From positions 1-25,662 of IMG/VR virus record IMGVR_UViG_3300049731_000149: DNA of 25,662 nt. The stretch is one strand, 5' to 3'. The notes under the pieces were generated by a model, which saw only the letters and a list, made by a program, of their open reading frames with translations, did not search any database and had not been told where the DNA came from. This DNA comes from a virus. Taxonomy: Duplodnaviria; Caudoviricetes. Position 1 is the first letter of the stretch; each line of letters starts with the position of its first letter. Shown here one piece after another: positions 15,991 through 23,400 of the stretch. Made by a program: the position numbers and the translations under genes.

Positions 15991-17033
15991 AGCTCCAGAA
16001 GCCGCACCCGATTCGTGACCTCGAGATTAAGGAAACCGCGCAGGACATCGACGATAACTTCGATGCGGTCTGGGGCGCACTGCGCGAGCTCAATAGCCGC
16101 CTGGGCGTGAGTGAAGACGACATCGCCATCCTCGAGGCGGCTCCCGATCCGGTCCAGAAAGTCATTCTCGCGCTCGACGGCACGCCGGGCGATGATGGGA
16201 TGCCGGGCCCCCGCGGCGCAACGGGCATCACCGGGGCGACCGGGGCCCTGGGCCCGCCAGGATTCGACGGCGCGGACGGCGCGGATTTTTGGGGCGTTCT
16301 GGCCGCCGCCAGCAGCGAAGGCGAAGTCACCTTCACCACCACCGGCAACATTGACGACCTCGACTTCGGCAACGTGCCGCTCATCCGCATGAACAACGCG
16401 TCGCTTGCGACGCTGCGCGGACTACGCGCCGGGCGCGCGGGCCAGCTGGTCACGATCGTGTCGGTCGGGGCGGGCCAAGTGGATTTGGCCCATCAGAACG
16501 CCGGCTCCGTGGCCGCGAATCGCCTGACCAACATCGCGACCAGTGCCGTGACGTCGTTGTCCGCCGGCACCGGGCTCGCCACGTTCCGCTACGACAACAC
16601 GACGCAAAGCTGGCGGCTCATCGAGCATGAACAAGGGGCCTGGATCACGCCGTCGTTCAGTGCCGGCGATTACACCGCCAATGGCGCGATGACCTGGACG
16701 GTCGCCTCTGGCGACGTCGCGCTGATGGCCTACTACCTCAAAGGCCGTCAACTCTCGGTCCTGTTCGAACTCAACACCACCACGACGGGGGGTGTGGCCT
16801 CGACGGCGCTGCGGCGCACGGTGCCAGGCGGCTTCACGATTGCGAGCGGGGTCCGCGCGTTTTACCGCGTCATCAATGCCGGCGTGACCGTCACCTCACC
16901 GCTGGGCATGGCCTACGCCGCCGCCGCGTCCACCTATATCGAATTCCTGCGCGATGGCAGCGGCACGGCCAATTGGACCATCGGCACTGATAACGTCGGC
17001 ATTCTCGGCAGTCTGTTTACCGACGTGCAGTAG
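15987..17033 (+). CDS. Tail fibre with coiled coil, collagen-like segment and C-terminal head domains
   Basis: IDDNFDAVWGALRELNSRL coiled coil; 12 consecutive G-X-Y triplets (16179-16286); beta-rich C-terminus (GAWITPSF, YYLKGRQLSV). Confidence 0.8.
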   Translation: MKLQKPHPIRDLEIKETAQDIDDNFDAVWGALRELNSRLGVSEDDIAILEAAPDPVQKVILALDGTPGDDGMPGPRGATGITGATGALGPPGFDGADGADFWGVLAAASSEGEVTFTTTGNIDDLDFGNVPLIRMNNASLATLRGLRAGRAGQLVTIVSVGAGQVDLAHQNAGSVAANRLTNIATSAVTSLSAGTGLATFRYDNTTQSWRLIEHEQGAWITPSFSAGDYTANGAMTWTVASGDVALMAYYLKGRQLSVLFELNTTTTGGVASTALRRTVPGGFTIASGVRAFYRVINAGVTVTSPLGMAYAAAASTYIEFLRDGSGTANWTIGTDNVGILGSLFTDVQ

Positions 17034-17042
17034 GAGGCTTGA

Positions 17043-17381
17043 ATGCCCGGAACCATTCGCACGCTTGCAGGACCGCTGGCCCTGACCAACACCTACACCA
17101 CCAACGTCTTCAACGATACGAACACTAACGTGTTCAACGTCGTGCGGCACATTCACATCGCGAACAAGACGTCGGCGGCGGTGACCTTCCGCCTCTATAT
17201 GGGCACAACCGGCGCGAACACCGCCGGCACCGAACTGTTCTACGACAAATCGGTCCCGGCGTTCGATTACCTCGATTGGTATGGCTTGCTGCGCATGGCC
17301 AGTACCGATTTCCTGGTCGGCGGGGCGAGTGCGTCGACCTCGCTGACGATCACCATCATGGGCGAACGGATTCCGGTGTAA
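17043..17381 (+). CDS. Small beta-sandwich tail-associated protein (112 aa)
   Basis: AGGAGG SD. VVRHIHIANKTSAAVTFRL...YDKSVPA...LTITIMGE pattern is common in small phage structural proteins. Confidence 0.7.
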   Translation: MPGTIRTLAGPLALTNTYTTNVFNDTNTNVFNVVRHIHIANKTSAAVTFRLYMGTTGANTAGTELFYDKSVPAFDYLDWYGLLRMASTDFLVGGASASTSLTITIMGERIPV

Positions 17382-17410
17382 GGTAAAGCCTCACGAGCCA
17401 GGAGAGCATC

Positions 17411-18379
17411 ATGCCTACGGGCGCATCCTACGGCCTGGACTACTATCGACCGCCGACCAAAGCCGGGCCCGTTGTCGGTTGGACCGGGACCGGACAACCG
17501 ACCTACGGCGGGCCGACGCCGACCCAAACCGCCAACCAGCAAGCGGCGCAAACCCAACAGACCAACGCGCTGAGCGCCTTGGAGCAGCAACGCCAGCGGC
17601 TGGCCCTGGAAGCACAGCAGCAAGCCTTCATTAACTCGACCCGGTTGATGAATGCGAGCGACCCGCAGAACGTGACGATCAAGTCAACGGGCATCGACCA
17701 GGAACTGTCGCGCGGGCCGGGCGCGGGCGGCGCGGGCGCAGGCGGCGCGGGCGGGGGCGGGCTGAGCGCAGACCAAATCGCGGCGATACTCAAGCAGAGC
17801 AAGCCGGAACCAGAACCAAAGGTCGATGCCCCTCCCTTACCGCCGGCTCCACAACTCCCCCCGCATGTAGGCATCTACGGCGGCGGTGGTGGCGCATTTG
17901 AAGGCGGTGGCGGTGGCGGCGCGGTCGGTCCGCCGGGCCTGCCAGGCACTGGCATCAGCCCAGGCCCATCGTTGGCGTTCTCGAGAGCGAAGGACGTTGC
18001 CGGCCGACAGGGCTCCGCGGCGCTGAGCGCTCTGAAAGACGTCATGTCGTCTCGCAACATGGGGAAATCGTCGATGGAGGGACGCGAGTCCGCCAACATC
18101 CTGTCCGACCTCGCGCAGCATTTGACCGACGTCGAATTTGAGGACGTCACCAACAGGGAGCAACGCGCGTTCGATGCCGCGATGGAACAGTATCGCGGTG
18201 GGCTCACGCAACGAGGACAGGACATCAATTTCCTGAGCGGCACGCGCAGCCAGGACGTCGACTACACGGGCAATATCTACGCTGGCGGCGTGGATCAGCG
18301 GGGCCAAAATGTCAATTTGAAGACCAGTTGGCTCAACACCATTCCGCAAATCTATTCCCTGATGGCACGGCGTTACTAA
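17411..18379 (+). CDS. Probable ejection/internal virion protein (Gly/Pro-rich, RGQD-type repeats)
   Basis: AGGAGA SD. Low-complexity N-terminal half; helical C-terminal half with TQRGQD, TRSQD, DQRGQN; positioned after the tail genes. Confidence 0.7.
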   Translation: MPTGASYGLDYYRPPTKAGPVVGWTGTGQPTYGGPTPTQTANQQAAQTQQTNALSALEQQRQRLALEAQQQAFINSTRLMNASDPQNVTIKSTGIDQELSRGPGAGGAGAGGAGGGGLSADQIAAILKQSKPEPEPKVDAPPLPPAPQLPPHVGIYGGGGGAFEGGGGGGAVGPPGLPGTGISPGPSLAFSRAKDVAGRQGSAALSALKDVMSSRNMGKSSMEGRESANILSDLAQHLTDVEFEDVTNREQRAFDAAMEQYRGGLTQRGQDINFLSGTRSQDVDYTGNIYAGGVDQRGQNVNLKTSWLNTIPQIYSLMARRY

Positions 18380-18380
18380 C

Positions 18381-18902
18381 ATGGCGACGCCCATCACCGA
18401 ACAGTCGATTCGCGATCAGTTCCAGAAGCGATTCCAGCAGCACTACGGGGCCGGCACGCCCGCGACTGGTGATTGGGAAACGGCCTATAAGAACGAAGCG
18501 ACGCTCTACGGGCATAGCTACACCGGCGGCACGCAAGAAGACCTCGACGCGTATTTTAAGAGGCGCGAAGGCGAACTCGGACTGAACAAACCGCCCGCGC
18601 CCGCGCCCGCGCCCGCGATTACGAAGACCAAACCCACCGCGCCCCCGACGCCCCCACCCCCCGGCGGCGAATACGGCGGTGGAGTCGGCGCGGGCGGTGG
18701 CGGGGGCGGCGGCGGTGGGGGCGGCACGTTCGATCAGTTGGCCATGCCCGCGTATCACTCCGCGATGCGTGGTCCCGAGATGATGGCACCGGCACCGGTC
18801 CAAAACCTCACCGGGCCATCGGAGGGTAATCCCCAACTCGGCAATCGCATTCTGCCGATGCAACAACTCAAATTAGCGCTCAACCCTAACAGGATCTACT
18901 GA
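18381..18902 (+). CDS. Gly/Pro-rich hypothetical protein, probable internal virion protein
   Basis: Small helical N-domain, PAPAPAP and poly-Gly tracts; TGATG coupling to the next gene. Confidence 0.7.
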   Translation: MATPITEQSIRDQFQKRFQQHYGAGTPATGDWETAYKNEATLYGHSYTGGTQEDLDAYFKRREGELGLNKPPAPAPAPAITKTKPTAPPTPPPPGGEYGGGVGAGGGGGGGGGGGTFDQLAMPAYHSAMRGPEMMAPAPVQNLTGPSEGNPQLGNRILPMQQLKLALNPNRIY

Positions 18903-19414
18903 TGCCGAGTAGCCGAGCCTTTTACAACCGGCTGGCGATGCAGGGCGTCAATGCGCCACTGCTGCGCGGACGGTCCTATGTCGACCGTGGCACCACGGCC
19001 GCGGACCGCGGTCCCTTCGATCCGCAACTCCTGATTGGCGATAGGGGCCAACGGCTTCAGGTCAACGACCAAAACCCGGTGGGCCTGATGAATTTCGGAC
19101 GCCAACAAATCGAAGCCCGCCGGCAGCAGCTGCGCGAACAGGAAGACCCGAGCGGTCTGACTCGAGGCGGGCGATTAGTTGGTGGTCCCGCCCCAAGCGC
19201 GGCCTGGGATGCCTACTTCGGCATTCTGCAAGGCAAAGAGAACGCGGCACAGGCATCCGGGCGACGCCTGAACTTCGATGAACGGGCGTGGGGTAATCCG
19301 AGCGTGCAGGACTTCTCGCCCGAAGGACGCGGCATGCGCTACGGCCGCGGGGAAATTCCGCCGGCGTGGTTGCAAGCCGAAGGCGGATTGCGCTCAGCGC
19401 TCCGGAGGCGGTAA
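18902..19414 (+). CDS. Arg/Gly-rich hypothetical protein, probable internal virion protein
   Basis: Coupled on both sides (TGATG, TAATG). Confidence 0.7.
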   Translation: MPSSRAFYNRLAMQGVNAPLLRGRSYVDRGTTAADRGPFDPQLLIGDRGQRLQVNDQNPVGLMNFGRQQIEARRQQLREQEDPSGLTRGGRLVGGPAPSAAWDAYFGILQGKENAAQASGRRLNFDERAWGNPSVQDFSPEGRGMRYGRGEIPPAWLQAEGGLRSALRRR

Positions 19415-20457
19415 TGCCATATCAATCGCCGTTTTCCACCCTACAACAGATGATTCGCGACCGGCGCTTCGGTGACCTCGTGGACCGTGGTAACGACTTC
19501 GAGGTAGACGACCTGATCGACCGCGGCCAGGACCGCGATGCGATGCTGTTGCAGGACGACCAGGAATTGCGTTTGCGTCCGGAGCAATACGAAACCCTGC
19601 GACGCTCGCCGTTTTCTGAGCCCACGCCACCGCGCTCGAGTCAACCGCCGATGCCGCCATCGCGGCGCGAGTTTCCGTTCGAAGTGCTGCGCAAATCGAC
19701 GGGCAATCTCGCTCCGATGCTCAACCGCTATGGGCTGGCCGACTACGGCAACGTCGAAGAAGGCACGGGCCCGCGTGGACCGTCATCCGTCTTCCCAGGG
19801 GCGGGCGCGCGTGCGGGGACCAAGGTGACGATGTATGGCGACCCGATCGACGCCGAAGTCTCGCGGATGAAGCAGCTGCGTCAGCAAGCCGTCGACTCAC
19901 GCGCCCTGAATCAACGGTACCTGGAAAGCCATCTCGGCCCCGAAACCGCGGCGTTCAAAGCGGACCCCTACCGTTCCATGCTGGCGCTCGAATCCGGTCA
20001 GCGAAGCTACGAGCGAGCGAACCCCTTGCCCCCACAACCGGGCATGTTGAGCAACGTGGAAGCCGGCGCGGTGCTGCGCGATTTTATGAGTGGCGACGCA
20101 CGGGCGCGGGAAGCCGCCCGCGCGCAAGCCATCAGCGGCGCGGAAACGTTCATGGATCCGACCGTGACCGCCGGCCGCGGATTGGCCCGGCGCGAAGCCG
20201 AGCTCGATGCCCAGCAAAAGGGGTACTGGGATGTCGCTGGTCGGCTGGCCGCGAGCCAGAACTTCTTCCCGACGCCAGAACAGACCGAGCCGTACTTCCC
20301 GTCTGGTGGCGGGCAGGCGGGCCCACCCGGCGCGGACGCCGGCGCGAAGACGCTCAGCCTTGATGACCTCAGGATCATCGCGCAAATGCAGGGGTTGACG
20401 CTGGATCAGGCCGTCGCCGTCGCACAGCGACGAGGTTGGACGATCGGTGGACGGTAA
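19414..20457 (+). CDS. Probable ejection protein (347 aa; start revised from 19366)
   Basis: GGAGG SD with TAATG overlap; begins MPYQSPF; C-terminal mini-domain TLSLDDLRIIAQMQGLTLDQAVAVAQRRGWTI. Confidence 0.72.
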   Translation: MPYQSPFSTLQQMIRDRRFGDLVDRGNDFEVDDLIDRGQDRDAMLLQDDQELRLRPEQYETLRRSPFSEPTPPRSSQPPMPPSRREFPFEVLRKSTGNLAPMLNRYGLADYGNVEEGTGPRGPSSVFPGAGARAGTKVTMYGDPIDAEVSRMKQLRQQAVDSRALNQRYLESHLGPETAAFKADPYRSMLALESGQRSYERANPLPPQPGMLSNVEAGAVLRDFMSGDARAREAARAQAISGAETFMDPTVTAGRGLARREAELDAQQKGYWDVAGRLAASQNFFPTPEQTEPYFPSGGGQAGPPGADAGAKTLSLDDLRIIAQMQGLTLDQAVAVAQRRGWTIGGR

Positions 20458-23400
20458 TGCCGTACAGGGATCCGTTCCGCGACATCGATTTCGATTTCGA
20501 CGACGCCGTGCGTCGACTGCGCGCGTCGCGCCGGCCTGGGCCGCCCGCCGGCGACGTCGATTTCGACATCGATTCGGCCGTCCGCGATCTGCGCGCCGGC
20601 CGTTTGAAGGCTCCGCCTAATCCAGCTGGTCCCGACGAACCCGACGACGACCGCAGCTGGGGCGACACCGCCATCGCGACCGCGGCGCGCGTCGTACCGA
20701 GCATTGCCGGCGGCGTCGCAGGGGCGGCACTCGGCAACGTCCCCGGCGCGGCCATCGGGGGCGCAGCGGGCGGCGCGTTTGGCGAATGGCTGGCGGAGGA
20801 GTACGAGAAAGCGCGCGGGCTCCGCAAAGAGGTAGACCCGCGCAGCGTCGCCGTCGAAGCCGCGCTTGGGGCGGTGCCGCTGGGCAAGACCGCCTCATGG
20901 GGACGGGCGGCCCTGAAGGGCGCGGGGATGGGCGTCACCGGCTCGACGGCCCATTCGGTGGTGGAACGCGGGGAATTGCCGTCGCTCGAGGAAGCCGCAC
21001 TCTCCGCAGGATTCGGCGGCGTGTTCGGCGGCGGCATTCACGCCGCGGCTGATCGGTTCGGTCGGTTCCTGAGTGGACGGCGGGCACCAGCGGCCGACCT
21101 GCCAGCTGGCACACCAGGAGGCCCACAAGGCCCTGTGGACTTCCCGGACGCGCGGACCTCCCAGACCTACCAAGACACCCTCGCGATGCGCACAGCGGAC
21201 CAGGACGCGGCCAGGGCGATGGCTGTAGCCCGCGCCCGCGGGATGGTCGACCCCCAGACAGGCGAAGTAACTCGGCCGCAGGGTTCCGGCTTTCTCGACT
21301 ATGAGGATTGGGACGCCGAGTTTCGTTCCGAACAGCGTCGCCCGTCCGTGTCGCCGGAATCAGGGACACGGATGTTCGAACCGCCGCCGCCGGATGCGCC
21401 GCTGGGCCAGCTGCAACCTCGACCGCTTACTGGCCTTCAGCGCTACTTGCAAGAGGATGCCGCGATCCAAGCCGATGTCCGCGAACGCGGTCACGTTTTC
21501 CCCCCAGGACCACGCCAGCCCGACCGGTTCGACCTCGCCACGGTGCCACCGGTCGAAGCCAGCGTCCCGCGCTCGATTCTCGAGGCGGAGGTTCCGCCGA
21601 TCCCCCCGTGGGAAGAAGTGGACCCGCGGCGCGCACTGCCGGCCGAAGCGGCGATGCAAGCGCTCATCCCGTCGCGCTACCTCAGACCCGGTTCCCAGGC
21701 TGCGCGCCGGCGCGAGAACGAAGCCCTTGCCGAATTTCTCCGCGTCAACCTGACACGACCGGACGTGCCCCCGTCCCCACCGTCAGGCCCAGCGCCCGAA
21801 GCGCCACCGCGACCGCCTACGATGACCGTGCCGCGCATCGAGGGCTATCACAAACTCGGCGGGCGATTGCTCCCGATCTACGAAGTCTCCGGCGACGACG
21901 TGACCTTGGACCCGACGACCTACCAGTTCAAGGAATCCGACGTCCGCGGGCGTACCGGGGCCCTGAAGGGCGTCGAACAGTGGGATCCGACCGCCGGCAG
22001 CAGCAAGCCGATCATCCTGCACAAGCGGGCGGACGGGCGGCTGATGGTGGCCGATGGCCATCAACGCGTGAACAAGTGGCAAGAGCTCAAAGCGGCCGGC
22101 GCAGACCTGCCCCCGCTGCGCGCCATTGTCCTCGACGAAGCGGAAGGGTTCGACGTCGCCCAGGTGCGGCGCATTTCCTCGCTGCAAAACATCCGCGAAG
22201 GATCGGGCGAACCGACCGACATCGCGAAACTGTTGCGCACCGGCCAGCTGTCACAGCAGGAAGCGGCCACGATGCCGCGCGGCAGTGTCGCCGGGCCGAA
22301 GCTCGCGCAGGGTGAATCGCTCGCGACGCTTTCCGATCAGGCATTCCAAGCCGTCATCAACAAGGAAGTGCCGTCACAGTGGGGGGCGATGGTGGCGCGG
22401 AGTCGCGCGACGCCGGAACAGCAACTGTCCGTCATTCGCGCGCTCGCCAAAGCCGACATCGGCAATGACGTCGAAGCCGATGCGTTTGTCAAAGCCCTGC
22501 TGTCTGACGATTTCGAGCAAGTCACGATGCGCGACATGTTCGGCGAATCGACGCAAGCGGTCAGTTTGGCGGAGAACATTGCGAAGATCGTCGGCAAGGT
22601 CAATGCCCGACTGGCACGCGAGAAGCGCGCGTTCGGCAAAGTGGTCAAAGAAGCCAGCGTGCTCAAAGGCGCAGGGAACGTTCTGGCCGAAGAAGAAAAC
22701 GTCGCACGCGCCGGCAAGGCGCAATCCGCGCTCGAGCAATTCGAACTGCTGAAGGACCAGAAAGGCACACACACGCGTGAGGCGATGAAAGCGCTGGCCG
22801 CGCGGATGGTGCGCGGCGAAGCGACACTCAATCAGGCGGTCGATGAAATCTTGCCGGCGCTCCAACGCGACGCCCAGGGCGAACCGTTCACGTTACGCGC
22901 CCCCACCGAAGCCCAACCGACCGCCGCCGCGGCCGCGGTCGAAGAACCCACGGGCCCGACGCGCGCCGAGCTCGAGGCCGAGGGCCAAGGCTCCATGTTC
23001 GGCGAAGAACCGCCCGCGCCGCTCGATTTCGATGCTGCCAAAAATAAACAGGTCCATCGGCAACTGACAGAGGGAATGGGTCGACTCACGGACGACGAGA
23101 TTCGGTATCTCGATTCATTCGATGAGTTCGGCAAACCTCTAAGCCGTGCTGACCGTGGCGATGAAAGTGGGTTTGTTCGTACACAGCTAGGCGGTCGACT
23201 CGCGGGCGGCGTGACGGGCGGCGTGCTTGGCGGCACCGCCGGCGTAGCCACCGCCGATGAAGAAGCCACTCCGCAAGAACGATTGGGCCGCTTTCTCGCC
23301 GGCGCGGCAGCGGGCGGCATCGCGGGCGCAGCGGGTGGCGGCAGAGTCGCCCGCGCGCTCACGCGGGAAACGGGCGAAGCAATTGAACGTCGCGCCGGCA

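Noticed and set aside
17710-18725. GGC/CCG-rich tracts as microsatellites or contingency loci
   Set aside because: In-frame poly-Gly/Pro coding sequence with mixed codons.
21308-22315. 335-aa + strand ORF and other listed ORFs beyond 20457
   Set aside because: Alternative-frame artefacts inside the giant frame-3 gene.
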